A DNA stretch of 64,000 nucleotides from a virus, in the IMG/VR virus record IMGVR_UViG_3300037722_000409, positions 28,322-92,321 of that record; one strand, given 5' to 3'. The notes under the pieces are model-generated. The model was not told the origin of the DNA. It was given only the letters and a program-made list of their open reading frames with translations, and did no database searches. The position numbers and the translations under genes were made by a program. Shown one piece after another: positions 1 through 9,932 of the stretch; position 1 is the stretch's first letter, and every line of letters starts with the position of its first letter.

Positions 1-354
1 TACGTTGACGAGCAGACATTCGTCACCGACGAGCAGGTGCAGCGCATGGACGTCCTCTGGAACGACCTGACCAGCTTCTTCATGCGCGCCTTAGAAGTGA
101 TGAAGGACCTCAAAGGAGGCAACGCCGCCATTCCTGAGCTGGAGATACTCTTGCGCTCGAGCAGCGCGACGGTAGGCATCACCGTGGAGGATGGAGCGTT
201 AAACTCTCAGGTCCTCACGGACCTGATCGCGAGCGTCGCGGAGAAGACCGCTAAGATGCTGGACGGCGTGCACAGCAAGCACCGAAAAGAAGGACACGGC
301 TTTTACCGCACGATAGACGCCGCGGAAGAAGACTTGATGGAAGTTGACGTATAG
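1..354 (+). CDS. hypothetical protein, 5'-truncated (position suits a terminase small subunit)
   Basis: Frame is open from base 1 and its stop overlaps the TerL start. No recognisable motif. Confidence 0.5.
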   Translation, partial: YVDEQTFVTDEQVQRMDVLWNDLTSFFMRALEVMKDLKGGNAAIPELEILLRSSSATVGITVEDGALNSQVLTDLIASVAEKTAKMLDGVHSKHRKEGHGFYRTIDAAEEDLMEVDV

Positions 355-1871
355 TGGCGCGTGTTCTAAAGGGGACTAGTCTAACTGGTCCTCCAGCCCC
401 CTTTACCGCTGTAGAAAAAGCCCACCTCGCCCTTGGGCTAAATTTCTTTTGGTATTGGTTAGACAACATCTTCATTAGGTCGTTTGAAGGGCAAACGTTC
501 TACAGTCCGAAAAGCGGTGAGAGGGCAGGTTTTGAGTTTGGAGACGTGCATCGTGAGTGGGCGCTGCTCGCGCAGTTCTCACCCCGGCTGTGTCTCCAGT
601 CCGCGCGTGGTCACCTTAAGACGACCGTGCTCGGGCAAGCGTTTCCATTTTGGCTTATGGCCAAGGCAGGGGTTGATAAGAACGAGACGTACGTGGACGG
701 AGTGTACTTCAGCTACAATGACACCCTTGCCTCTGAGAAGACAGCTGACTTGAAGCGGTTCATACGGTCTAACCCGTACGCTCGTTTCTGGAAGGACTTA
801 AAGCCCTCCGCAGAGTCGGTCATAAACTACCTCATCGACTGGGGCGAGGGGCCAGTCGCTGAAGTCTTCCTAAGGCCCTCAGGTATTAAGGCCGCGACTC
901 GTGGACGGCACCCTAAGTTCGTGGTGGCGGACGACATCTTGAGCGACTTTAGCAACCCGCTCTCGAGCTCGGAGCTTCGCTTGATCAGTCGTATCTTCAG
1001 GAACGCGATCATGTCGATGCCCTCTAACCCGAACGACCCTATCGTGCTGATAGGCACACCTCAGGCCTACGAGGACATCCTGTACCAGCTAGCTGACGAC
1101 GAGGAGTGGATGTGGGTGACCTACCCGGCAGTCAAGAACTGGGACACCCAAGAGACGCAGTGGCCTGAAAAGTACGACTTCAACCGCTTGATGCGGATAC
1201 GCAAGTCTCACGGCGCTGCCTCGTTCGCCACAGAGCAGCAGCTCGTGCCGGTGACCATCTCTGACCAGTTCCTCACGCGAGAGGACCTAGCACCGATCGT
1301 CGACGCCACCTTGAAGATGTGGGACCTCACGAAGGAGTTTCCTAACCGGGCTGGCCTTGGAACCTACGGGGGCTTGGACATCGGTAAGGACGTGCACCCG
1401 TCACACGTGATAGTCTTCGTAGAGCTGCCTAATAAGACGTTGGTGCCGCTCTATCACTCGTTTCTGGACCACATGGAGTATCCAAAGCAGGTGCGCTTGC
1501 TGAACTTCTTAGCCAATCACTTTAAGCTCAAGGGATATTTCGACCGTACCAACAACGTGTTGGACGACCGAGGACTCAGTAGACGGTGGCACGGAAAGTC
1601 CTTCAATAAGCGGTTAAAGGCAAACATGGCGCTTATGTTCGAGAAGCGTGTGTTTGCAGACCTCGACGAAGGGGATCCGGGACTGGTACTTCCCGCCGAC
1701 GAGCGGTACTTGAACCAGGTCTCTATGGTACGCCGTGACCTCACCGCTACAGCGGGCCCAGACGGTCACGGGGACTCGTTCTGGTCGACAGCGCTCGCCA
1801 TAAAGGCAGCCAACGACGGGCCAAGCATCGTAAACGTTGGCAGTGCCAGCGCGCAGAGGAGTAATACCTGA
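354..1871 (+). CDS. terL: terminase large subunit
   Basis: Walker A-like ARGHLKTT, RGRHPKFVVADD Walker B, IGTP coupling motif, RNase H-fold GGLDIG ... HGDSFWSTALA. Lies upstream of the portal. Confidence 0.92.
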   Translation: MARVLKGTSLTGPPAPFTAVEKAHLALGLNFFWYWLDNIFIRSFEGQTFYSPKSGERAGFEFGDVHREWALLAQFSPRLCLQSARGHLKTTVLGQAFPFWLMAKAGVDKNETYVDGVYFSYNDTLASEKTADLKRFIRSNPYARFWKDLKPSAESVINYLIDWGEGPVAEVFLRPSGIKAATRGRHPKFVVADDILSDFSNPLSSSELRLISRIFRNAIMSMPSNPNDPIVLIGTPQAYEDILYQLADDEEWMWVTYPAVKNWDTQETQWPEKYDFNRLMRIRKSHGAASFATEQQLVPVTISDQFLTREDLAPIVDATLKMWDLTKEFPNRAGLGTYGGLDIGKDVHPSHVIVFVELPNKTLVPLYHSFLDHMEYPKQVRLLNFLANHFKLKGYFDRTNNVLDDRGLSRRWHGKSFNKRLKANMALMFEKRVFADLDEGDPGLVLPADERYLNQVSMVRRDLTATAGPDGHGDSFWSTALAIKAANDGPSIVNVGSASAQRSNT

Positions 1872-2092
1872 TGATAGCACACGGCATAGGGCTAGACAAC
1901 ACCAAAGTACGCACGGATCGCTATACTCGACGACACATCGAGAATCAGCTTCACGTCTGGGAGCACCGCTTAGAGCTCGTGACGCGGTATATGCCTGCAA
2001 AAGGCTTTACCACAGAGCAGGTCGACGCGGCTGTCGCCGAGTGTGAGAAGATGCTTGACTGGTACGATCGACTTTTGGAGCAATACGAATAG
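1871..2092 (+). CDS. hypothetical protein
   Basis: ORF coupled to the TerL stop (TGATG). Confidence 0.55.
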   Translation: MIAHGIGLDNTKVRTDRYTRRHIENQLHVWEHRLELVTRYMPAKGFTTEQVDAAVAECEKMLDWYDRLLEQYE

Positions 2093-2464
2093 ATGCCGCG
2101 CCCCGAGCAGTCCTTAGGCAAGGCGACTGCCTTTATAACCGCCAGTAGAGCTCGCACTCTTGGAGGTGGGGGCAGTAAAAAACGTTCCGCAGAGACGCCA
2201 AATTTTGCGACCTTGACCGAGGAGCAGTATAGCACGGTTCTTGAAGCGGCTGGCGCGAGCCCGCGCATGATAGAGCAAGAGCTGAAGATGCTGAGGGTAT
2301 ATAAGTCACGGGTTGACTCGGAGCACGTGCAAAAAGCCCGGGCACGCTTGAAGGCCAAGCGCACCACGACAGCGCAGGAAGACCTCGGAGAGTACTTCGA
2401 CGCCAGCGCACGCATGGAAGACCGTATCCGTAACCGAAAGGAGAAAGACGAGAATGGCACGTAG
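2093..2464 (+). CDS. hypothetical protein
   Basis: ORF abutting its neighbours in the operon. Confidence 0.55.
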   Translation: MPRPEQSLGKATAFITASRARTLGGGGSKKRSAETPNFATLTEEQYSTVLEAAGASPRMIEQELKMLRVYKSRVDSEHVQKARARLKAKRTTTAQEDLGEYFDASARMEDRIRNRKEKDENGT

Positions 2465-2807
2465 ACGCCGCAAGGCTGGAGTTCGCGCCTTATGGGCGCC
2501 GGTACCAGTCGACGTTAATGTAACCCAGGCACACCCTACACCAGGGTGGGTGATCATAAAGGAAAACTTCGTCAACCTAGAGCACGCCGTGGCCGGCACG
2601 AGCGTGGTCTTGGCCATCGCGCGTCCCTTTGACACCAACACCATGCACGGCGAGGTGGCAGCTATACACCCTATAACGGCTGAAGAGACAGGCCTCACAA
2701 CCGGCGACAAGATTATCTACAAAGAGTATTCCGGGGGTCGCTGGTCTTTTAACGGGGACAAGTACCTAATCACAGATGCCCGCGATATCCTAGCAAAGGT
2801 GCAGTAA
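2454..2807 (+). CDS. groES: GroES/Cpn10-like co-chaperonin
   Basis: HPTPGWVIIK...GEVAAI...GDKIIYKEYSG...NGDKYLITDARDILAKV follows the Cpn10 pattern. Confidence 0.85.
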   Translation: MARRRRKAGVRALWAPVPVDVNVTQAHPTPGWVIIKENFVNLEHAVAGTSVVLAIARPFDTNTMHGEVAAIHPITAEETGLTTGDKIIYKEYSGGRWSFNGDKYLITDARDILAKVQ

Positions 2808-2827
2808 CGCACCACAGAGCGTGACGT

Positions 2828-4537
2828 ATGGGACTATTAGATCGTATACTTGGCAGAAAGACCACACGTCCGGGCGTTCAGTCCGGGCCTGTTCCTAACC
2901 CCGCAGCTGCGCAGTTTCTCAAAAGCCTAGAGGTGCAGCTGGCGCAAGGAAACTTGTCCCCGCGCGAGACTGACGCCGCACGGCTTGTTAAAGCCATCGT
3001 GCATCGTCAGTCGGTCAATGCGCCCACAGTTGGGGTGCCTGATCTAGGGTTTAAAGGTGCGCGTCAGCAGCTGTTCCAACGGTTTAACCTGATCGACCTG
3101 TACGGCATGGCGCACAACAACTCCACGGTCAAGACCGCCGTGTTGACCTTACGACACGAGGTCTTCCGTCGTGGGTTGCAGTGGGACCCGGCGTTCGCGT
3201 ACCGCTGTCCAACGTGCCACGTTGACTTCTCCAAGGATGAACAGACCGAGCACGACAAGCGCTGCCCAGAGTGCAATTCTGTGCTGCAGTCACCCAACCC
3301 CCTGCAACGCGTGCAGTTCGAGCGGCTTATGCCTCACGTTAACCTGTACGGCCAGAGTCTACTGGGGCTGCTCAAGACCTTGGAGGACGACCTGAACATC
3401 GCCGACGACGCGTTCTTGCTCGCGTCCTCAGAGTACCAGCTCGCAAAAGACGAGTATGGGCAGTCGACCATCAAGCGGTTCGTGCGGCAACTCTTCCGCC
3501 TCGACCCCATATTCATGGAGTTTGACACTGACGACAACAACCGCCCCGGCCTAGCGCACCACATCTGCCTGGCCCACCGGGAGAGCCTGCTGGAGGTCCC
3601 CCGTGACGCTGGCTGGGAACACGACTGGAAGGGCGTGTGTCCCATTGACGGGTTTCCGACCCTCCCAGTGGTCTATCGTTATGTGCCGACACGCGGCACC
3701 TACGGCGCGCAGAAGGGTGGGGTGAACACCGCCAAAGATGCGTACTACTTCGTCAAGGGTGAGGTGATCCACGCCAGCAAGTACAGTCCGTCAGAGCTAT
3801 ACGGCTACGCGCCCCTGCTCGGCCTGTACGAGAAAGTATTGTCTCTCATAGGCATGGACCGCTACCTCTACGACTACTTCTTCGAGCGCAAGATGCCGCA
3901 GGGCGTCATCACCACGGTCACCGACAACCCGGAGCAGCTGGAGATCGACAAGGAGATCGTGCTGGCTAAGACCCTTGAGGACCCGCACTACCTTCCGTGG
4001 CTGGCGGTGAGCAGCAACTCTGGGCAAGGACGCACGGAGTTTGTACGGTTCGCCTACTCGTTGGACGAGCTCCAGTTCCTGCCAGTGCAGGAGGCTCTAG
4101 CTCGAGCAGTAGCTGGGCTATACGGCATCCCCGACCTATTCATGGGATTCGAGACCAACACGGGGGGCATCGGCAACCAGAGCCAGCAGGTCACACGTAT
4201 GGGTCGTGGCGCTGCCGCCTCACAGGCCGTGCACAACACCGATGTTCTCGCCCCGCTGCTTGAGGTCATGGGTGTGACTGACTGGGTGCTGACCTTATCC
4301 TCCGCTGAGGACTACACCGAGACCGAGGAGTGGGACATCAAGGACCGAAAGGCGCAGTGGGCGCAGACCATGCACTCCATAGGGTTCGGCATCAAGTATG
4401 ACCAAGAGTCGGACGAGTTCACCGTGACAGGTGAGGTTCCCTCGCAGCAAGAGCAGCAACAATCTCAGCAGCAGCAAGATCCATACTCTCAGTTCGGTGG
4501 TGGAGCCCCAGGAGGTGGCGCCCCTGGAGGCTTCTAA
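2828..4537 (+). CDS. portal protein with zinc-ribbon insertion
   Basis: Size and position after TerL. EDDLNIADDAFL, EVIHASKYSPSELYGYAP and AVAGLYGIP resemble HK97-type portal motifs. CPTC..CPEC insert. Confidence 0.85.
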   Translation: MGLLDRILGRKTTRPGVQSGPVPNPAAAQFLKSLEVQLAQGNLSPRETDAARLVKAIVHRQSVNAPTVGVPDLGFKGARQQLFQRFNLIDLYGMAHNNSTVKTAVLTLRHEVFRRGLQWDPAFAYRCPTCHVDFSKDEQTEHDKRCPECNSVLQSPNPLQRVQFERLMPHVNLYGQSLLGLLKTLEDDLNIADDAFLLASSEYQLAKDEYGQSTIKRFVRQLFRLDPIFMEFDTDDNNRPGLAHHICLAHRESLLEVPRDAGWEHDWKGVCPIDGFPTLPVVYRYVPTRGTYGAQKGGVNTAKDAYYFVKGEVIHASKYSPSELYGYAPLLGLYEKVLSLIGMDRYLYDYFFERKMPQGVITTVTDNPEQLEIDKEIVLAKTLEDPHYLPWLAVSSNSGQGRTEFVRFAYSLDELQFLPVQEALARAVAGLYGIPDLFMGFETNTGGIGNQSQQVTRMGRGAAASQAVHNTDVLAPLLEVMGVTDWVLTLSSAEDYTETEEWDIKDRKAQWAQTMHSIGFGIKYDQESDEFTVTGEVPSQQEQQQSQQQQDPYSQFGGGAPGGGAPGGF

Positions 4538-5360
4538 CGTAAACAAAGCTCCACGCTTTAGACGTGTGACCACCACAGGGGTGCGTCGACCAGGGTACAT
4601 ACGGGGAACCATAGAAGCGCAAAAGGAGTTCCTCCGTATTCTTGCAGACCTTCACAAGGCTGGCCTTGACAAGCTGGCGCGCAAGCTTAAGAGTATTCCG
4701 AAGTCATCGATGGCGCGAGCTTTAGCCGCTGTAGAACAGACAGGCACCGAGTGGATCGAGGAGCTCGTGGATAGCGCCATGCCCTCCATCAAAACCGTGT
4801 ATACGGACGGGCTTAAGGCTGGATTCACTGAGTCAGGTCTGGCGTTTGACCCCCTAGCTGCCGACCCCCACGTTCTGGAACTGTTGGCGCGCAGCCCTGA
4901 TGGTATAGTACCTGCCCTGAGGGACTTCACCGAGACTGAGACCAGGTTTGCCGAGAAGATAATCCGGGGCTCCTTTGAAGAGGGTACCTACTTTGACCTC
5001 GGCAAGGTCATCGACCAACTGAGGGACCGAATGCCCGCGGCGCAGTACAAGCTGGAGCGGATCGTGCGAACAGAGACGCGAAAGCTCGCCGGTATGGGTA
5101 AGCTGGCCGCGTGGGAGAAGGACCCCGAGAGGGACTGGTTTTCCTACCACTACGTCGCTACGTATGACGAGCGCACACGGCAACAACACATGCACTTTAT
5201 GACCGGCGGCCCCTATGAGTTTGACCAGGTAAAGGTCATCTGGGAGGAGGAGCGTGAGCCGTACAACTGTCGCTGCTCCTTAGCGCGTACACTCAAGCCA
5301 CACGACGTGCTGGTGACGGAGGGCCACGTCACAGCGGAGGAAGCGGAGCGGTTGTTCTAA
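4431..5360 (+). CDS. MuF / SPP1 gp7-like minor head morphogenesis protein (true start probably near 4539-4581)
   Basis: ERIVRTET, DERTR..H and PYNCRC motifs. Directly follows the portal. Confidence 0.85.
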   Translation: MRFPRSKSSNNLSSSKIHTLSSVVEPQEVAPLEASNVNKAPRFRRVTTTGVRRPGYIRGTIEAQKEFLRILADLHKAGLDKLARKLKSIPKSSMARALAAVEQTGTEWIEELVDSAMPSIKTVYTDGLKAGFTESGLAFDPLAADPHVLELLARSPDGIVPALRDFTETETRFAEKIIRGSFEEGTYFDLGKVIDQLRDRMPAAQYKLERIVRTETRKLAGMGKLAAWEKDPERDWFSYHYVATYDERTRQQHMHFMTGGPYEFDQVKVIWEEEREPYNCRCSLARTLKPHDVLVTEGHVTAEEAERLF

Positions 5361-5380
5361 CTAACGGAGTATAATGACAT

Positions 5381-5767
5381 ATGACTTCACGAACATTATC
5401 TCCTGGCGTGGGGACAGTTCACCGTCGTATGGACAAGCTTAAGACCGGCGTTTGTGCGCACTGTGGTGAGGCAAAGAAGACAGACTCCGCACTTATTCAC
5501 GGCAGGGCCGACCGTTCGACCATCAAGGAGCGCCGTGAGTTCAGCATTGATCCTAATGACTACATGGAGCTGTGTCGCTCATGCCACATGAAGTACGACA
5601 TGACCGACGAGATTCGCGTTAAGATAAGCGCCACTAGTACAGGTCGTGCACCCTCAGACGAAGCTAGGGTCAAAATGCGCAAAAGTGCTATGGGTCGTAA
5701 GTCTTCTGAGGAAGCTAAAGCTAAGATGAGCGCCGCACGAAAAGTGTACTGGCAGAACCGAGTATAA
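5381..5767 (+). CDS. HNH-like/NUMOD3 homing-endonuclease-type protein
   Basis: CAHC..LCRSCH plus three NUMOD3-like repeats (TDEIRVKIS, SDEARVKMR, SEEAKAKMS). Confidence 0.7.
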   Translation: MTSRTLSPGVGTVHRRMDKLKTGVCAHCGEAKKTDSALIHGRADRSTIKERREFSIDPNDYMELCRSCHMKYDMTDEIRVKISATSTGRAPSDEARVKMRKSAMGRKSSEEAKAKMSAARKVYWQNRV

Positions 5768-5796
5768 TGACTATACGTAACAGGAGGAAAAGCCAC

Positions 5797-7101
5797 ATGC
5801 GCACCCCGTCACAGCTTACACCTGAAGAGCTCGAGGCTCTAGTTCACAGTTGGAAACACGGTCCTGCCCCCGCAGTTGATATAGCCGTAGAATACGGGGT
5901 GAACTTATCATCGTTGCGGTCGTTCTTGCTCGCACGGGGAATACACCGCGAGTATGACGCGGGCCGCAAGGCAACAATAGGGGAGGACTGGACTGACGCG
6001 GACTACATAGTTCAGACCCAGCATGACCGGGAGCTTTCCCAATTGAAGGCTCAGGTTAACCACTACCGTCGGCTCTACACGGCGGCCACCAAGAAGGACA
6101 CCGCCCAAGACATGATCCTACAGGTTCTACGAGACAACATCGTAGCGTGGGACGTGCCCTCACCAGAACTCTTCAAGGTCTCACACAAGAAGTCTCACGG
6201 CAGTCACACCCTGGTTGCGTTGCTTTCTGACCTTCATGTCGGCGAGGTTGTCGACAAAGAGGCCATGATGGGCATGGGCGAGTATAACCTCGACGTGTTT
6301 CGGCAACGTGCCGGCGTCTACGTGGCGAACTTTCTCCGATTGTACGAGATCGACAGCTCCGGCCGAGAGATCCCGAAATTGACCATCTTCTGTGACGGGG
6401 ACTTCATCTCTGGCTTGATTCACGATGAGCTGCTCAAGACCAACGCCGTGAACGTCATGGACCAGATGACGCTGGCCGCCACAGTCGGCGCATGGATCAT
6501 CCGGCAAATCGCGCAATACTTCAAAGAGGTCCACGTGTCCTGCACGGTGGGCAACCACGGCCGCACCGGTCAAAAGGTAGAGTTCAAGGACCCGTCACTG
6601 AGCTGGGACTACATGGCCTACCAGATGATGGCTATGCTTCTCAAGAACGACGACCACATTACGTGGGACATCCCGAAGTCGCTTTGGGCAGTCACCAAGG
6701 TGGAAAACCTGCAGTTCCTGCACTACCACGGGCACGGCCGCATGCAGAACACCTTGTCCATCCCCTACTACGGCATCGACCGAGCCATCCGGGACATGCG
6801 GGAGATCTTCCAGGTTCACGACCTGAAGTTCGACGGAATGTGCATGGGACACCTGCACCACTTCTTCGAGAAGGACCTCGGCACCGGGCCTGTCATCTTG
6901 AACCCCTGCTGGAAGGGTGGAGACGAGTTCGCGACCCTTGGCCTGCGCAAGTACAGCAAGCCTGAGCAGGTCATCTTCCTGGTACACCACAAGAGGGGCT
7001 ACGTCAACTCCGAGAGGATCCACCTCTGGGGCCAGACACCCGAGAACGCCCTGCACGTCCCAGAGGGCCCAGCGCCTATCTGGAGCGACACAGAGGTCTA
7101 A
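5797..7101 (+). CDS. calcineurin-like metallophosphoesterase with N-terminal HTH-like segment
   Basis: SDLH, GDFISG, GNHGR, HGH and GHLHH motifs. AGGAGG precedes ATG 5797. Confidence 0.85.
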   Translation: MRTPSQLTPEELEALVHSWKHGPAPAVDIAVEYGVNLSSLRSFLLARGIHREYDAGRKATIGEDWTDADYIVQTQHDRELSQLKAQVNHYRRLYTAATKKDTAQDMILQVLRDNIVAWDVPSPELFKVSHKKSHGSHTLVALLSDLHVGEVVDKEAMMGMGEYNLDVFRQRAGVYVANFLRLYEIDSSGREIPKLTIFCDGDFISGLIHDELLKTNAVNVMDQMTLAATVGAWIIRQIAQYFKEVHVSCTVGNHGRTGQKVEFKDPSLSWDYMAYQMMAMLLKNDDHITWDIPKSLWAVTKVENLQFLHYHGHGRMQNTLSIPYYGIDRAIRDMREIFQVHDLKFDGMCMGHLHHFFEKDLGTGPVILNPCWKGGDEFATLGLRKYSKPEQVIFLVHHKRGYVNSERIHLWGQTPENALHVPEGPAPIWSDTEV

Positions 7102-7102
7102 C

Positions 7103-7579
7103 GTGCCAAAGACAGGGTGGAAAGTAAAGAATCCCGAGCGGTTCATCGAAGACCTCGTAAGAGGTCTTCAGACCGCGGGGGACCGAATACACGCTATATC
7201 TCAGCAGCCCGGCTACTGCCCAGTGGACAAAGGCACCCTTCGCAGCTCGTCACCTGGGGCAGAGTACCTGAGTAATGGGTTCCGGATAGTTTACCGCACG
7301 AGCTACGCGGCTCGCCAAGAGTTTGGTCTTCCGAGAGGTCACACCGAGCACGTTGGTAAGCATGACGTGCGTGCGTTCACCGTCAAGAAGCACTCACGCA
7401 AGACTAAGAGTGGAAAGACCATAATCATGCCAGAGCGCTTCGTTCAAGCGCACTCGCGCGGGCCATTTGACCGGACATTCGCAAACGGGTACGCTGGACG
7501 ATTTTACCTCACACGGGCGTTCAATGAGACTCGCCCCCAACTCGTAGAGTTCATCAAGAGGCTCAGTCGCAGCTCATAA
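7103..7579 (+). CDS. HK97 gp10-like neck/tail-completion protein
   Basis: CPVDKGTLRSS...YAARQEFG...FYLTRAF pattern. GTG lies just after the upstream stop. Confidence 0.7.
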   Translation: MPKTGWKVKNPERFIEDLVRGLQTAGDRIHAISQQPGYCPVDKGTLRSSSPGAEYLSNGFRIVYRTSYAARQEFGLPRGHTEHVGKHDVRAFTVKKHSRKTKSGKTIIMPERFVQAHSRGPFDRTFANGYAGRFYLTRAFNETRPQLVEFIKRLSRSS

Positions 7580-7591
7580 TAAGGAGATGTC

Positions 7592-7897
7592 ATGCGCATC
7601 TTTTCCTACCTGGTGTCTAAGGCCGTGGTCAATGACTTCGGCCTAAACCACCCAGAACGATTTCAGCTCCACGTCCACTCTCGCCTCGGCCTCTTGGCCA
7701 CAACCCTCTTCAACTACATCATGAACCGCGACGTCCTGTACGTCGTCTGGCGACATGACGTGCACCTGACCACCTGGGGTGCGTGGTTCCTCTCCAAGGA
7801 CGCCCTACCTCTTGAAGCAATGCGCGGGCTCCTTCAGGAAGCTGATCGCGGCAACGCTTGGAAGGCCCTATTTAGAAGCTTCAAGGAGCAACGATGA
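7592..7897 (+). CDS. hypothetical protein
   Basis: ORF with AAGGAG RBS. Confidence 0.6.
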   Translation: MRIFSYLVSKAVVNDFGLNHPERFQLHVHSRLGLLATTLFNYIMNRDVLYVVWRHDVHLTTWGAWFLSKDALPLEAMRGLLQEADRGNAWKALFRSFKEQR

Positions 7898-8463
7898 GCG
7901 ACGACGCGCGCTACCTGGCGGTCACCGACTTCGAGACCACCGGCCTTGACCCAGACATTCACGAGATAATCCAGGTGGCCCGCATGATCTTCGACCTCAA
8001 GACCAGGGAGGTCGTGCCCGATTCCTGGGTAAACCTGTACGTCCTGCCCACCCACTGGGAGACCGGCACCCCGGAGGCGCGGGCCATCCACAATATCTCA
8101 CTTAAGGACCTGGAAAAGGACGGGGTGTCACTTGACGACGCATTGGCCGTCTTCTCCCGTGGAGTAAACTGGCGTAACACGGTGGTGACGGCGTGGGGCA
8201 CCGACTTCGAGATGAAGTTCCTGGACGCGGCCTTTAGGGCCACCAGGCGAGTCAGGCCGTACAGTTACCGGAGCTTCGACGTGCGCAGCATGGCCTACGG
8301 GATGCTGTCGGCGTCGTTGGGGACTTTCAAGTACCGCGGCCTAGCTGACACGGCTGAGCTCCTCGGCGTACACGTCGACCACAAGCGCCTTCACGACGCG
8401 TTCTACGACGTGCACCTGACGTGCGAGGTACTGAAGCTTATCCTTCCAGAACAAATCAGATAA
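7894..8463 (+). CDS. DEDDh 3'-5' exonuclease (DnaQ-like)
   Basis: DFETTGLD, HNIS, and HDAFYDV (ExoIII). The ExoII motif appears as FEMKFL. Confidence 0.85.
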   Translation: MSDDARYLAVTDFETTGLDPDIHEIIQVARMIFDLKTREVVPDSWVNLYVLPTHWETGTPEARAIHNISLKDLEKDGVSLDDALAVFSRGVNWRNTVVTAWGTDFEMKFLDAAFRATRRVRPYSYRSFDVRSMAYGMLSASLGTFKYRGLADTAELLGVHVDHKRLHDAFYDVHLTCEVLKLILPEQIR

Positions 8464-8480
8464 AGTGAGTACAATTACCT

Positions 8481-9071
8481 ATGTACAAAGGAATAACAAC
8501 TCACAGTGAAACTCCGGACCCAAAGGCTGTCTTGGATATCCTATTTCGGCAGCCTCGTCCTGTAGTGGACAGCTGGAGGGCCATCGTTCACCCTAAGGCC
8601 TCCTACCTATGGGAGGTAAAGCCACCCGGTAGGTGGGTGTCTATCTTACGGCATGACGAGCTTCTGGTAACCACCGATCCAGCGATACCCCTAGACGTGG
8701 ACTACGCCCACGTGTTCGAGATGCTCAAGGTGCACGGCGCGGCTCTCTTGGCCCGGCTGGACTCAGAGTTTGGCCTCATAGCTGTCGCGGTAAGCAAGCC
8801 CAATGAACCATTTACCCCCTTGATTCCAGGCTACCACGCTAGCGCCTTGGTGGACACGACTAGCCTAACCCTTGAGGGCATCGAGCAGCTTTCAGAACGT
8901 GGGTACGAGTGGCCTGAAGGGCTGCAAAAGCCCTCCATAATCGGGATGCAGGCAGCTCTTGCACTGTCTAGCGCCGAGCACCGTACTTACTGGTTGAAAG
9001 CCTGCCCGGAGGGCTTATGGCTCCTGAGCACCGCGAGTCGTCAAGCCTTGACCATATACGAAGTACTCTAG
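8481..9071 (+). CDS. hypothetical protein (leaderless)
   Basis: TACAAT lies 5 nt before the ATG. Confidence 0.55.
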   Translation: MYKGITTHSETPDPKAVLDILFRQPRPVVDSWRAIVHPKASYLWEVKPPGRWVSILRHDELLVTTDPAIPLDVDYAHVFEMLKVHGAALLARLDSEFGLIAVAVSKPNEPFTPLIPGYHASALVDTTSLTLEGIEQLSERGYEWPEGLQKPSIIGMQAALALSSAEHRTYWLKACPEGLWLLSTASRQALTIYEVL

Positions 9072-9080
9072 GAGACAGCC

Positions 9081-9647
9081 ATGCCTAAGCCGATAATCGT
9101 CGGGATCGACGTAGACAGCACCCTAGCTAACCTCACCGACCCGCTTTCTCAGCTCATACATGAAGAACGCGGTATAATGGTTCCACGATACGCCGTGGAC
9201 AAGTGGGACTATTACGTAGAGATCCTAGGCAGTGCGGTCACCATGCTGGAGATGATGGACCGTGCTTGGAACGACGGGATGGTAGTTCCAGAAGAGTCGA
9301 GGCTCTCTCAGACCTTACGGTTGCTGAAGATTCCTAAGTTTCACAAGATGGTGATTACCTCACGTACCCCGCGGTCCCACGCCGCCGTGGTGCAGTGGCT
9401 GCAAGACAACGGCCTAGACTACAACTCGACCGTGCTGGTTGACCGCAGCTTGAGCAAATTCGACTTCCCGTTAGATATACTCATAGACGACCAACCAGCG
9501 TGTGCTGAAGAGGTAGCGCGCTACCCCAGCAAGTTTCTTTACCTGCGTGACCAGCCCTGGAATCAAGATGTTGCACTACCAGACAACAGCATGCGGGTAG
9601 GGTCGGTGAGAGAGGCGGTCAACCACATCTTAAGGACCGCTGAATGA
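9081..9647 (+). CDS. HAD-superfamily 5'(3')-deoxyribonucleotidase-like protein
   Basis: DVDSTL (motif I), ITSR (II), K...LIDD (III/IV), QPWN. Confidence 0.85.
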   Translation: MPKPIIVGIDVDSTLANLTDPLSQLIHEERGIMVPRYAVDKWDYYVEILGSAVTMLEMMDRAWNDGMVVPEESRLSQTLRLLKIPKFHKMVITSRTPRSHAAVVQWLQDNGLDYNSTVLVDRSLSKFDFPLDILIDDQPACAEEVARYPSKFLYLRDQPWNQDVALPDNSMRVGSVREAVNHILRTAE

Positions 9648-9898
9648 AAAACTTCTTAAAGGGTAACTCATGGCAAGACTGGGTAACGTCAGGGGTTAAC
9701 CTCGTGTTTGCTCCTTCCCTGGTGCCGATGATTCTCGCCAACCAGCCGCCCCCTCTGTTGTCAACTATACCGACAGCTTTGGGAATATGGGCACTGAGCG
9801 TGACCTTTTGGACCCTAGGCCTTAGACTGGGGCCAGCAGCTCTAGTGCTCGCCGCCTCGATGTGGACCATACTGGCGGTTCAAGGTATCCTCCACTGA
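9644..9898 (+). CDS. small membrane protein (about 3 TM segments)
   Basis: Three hydrophobic segments. Confidence 0.6.
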   Translation: MKNFLKGNSWQDWVTSGVNLVFAPSLVPMILANQPPPLLSTIPTALGIWALSVTFWTLGLRLGPAALVLAASMWTILAVQGILH

Positions 9899-9932
9899 GT
9901 ATAATATCTCATACGGTAAAAGGAGAGTCACT

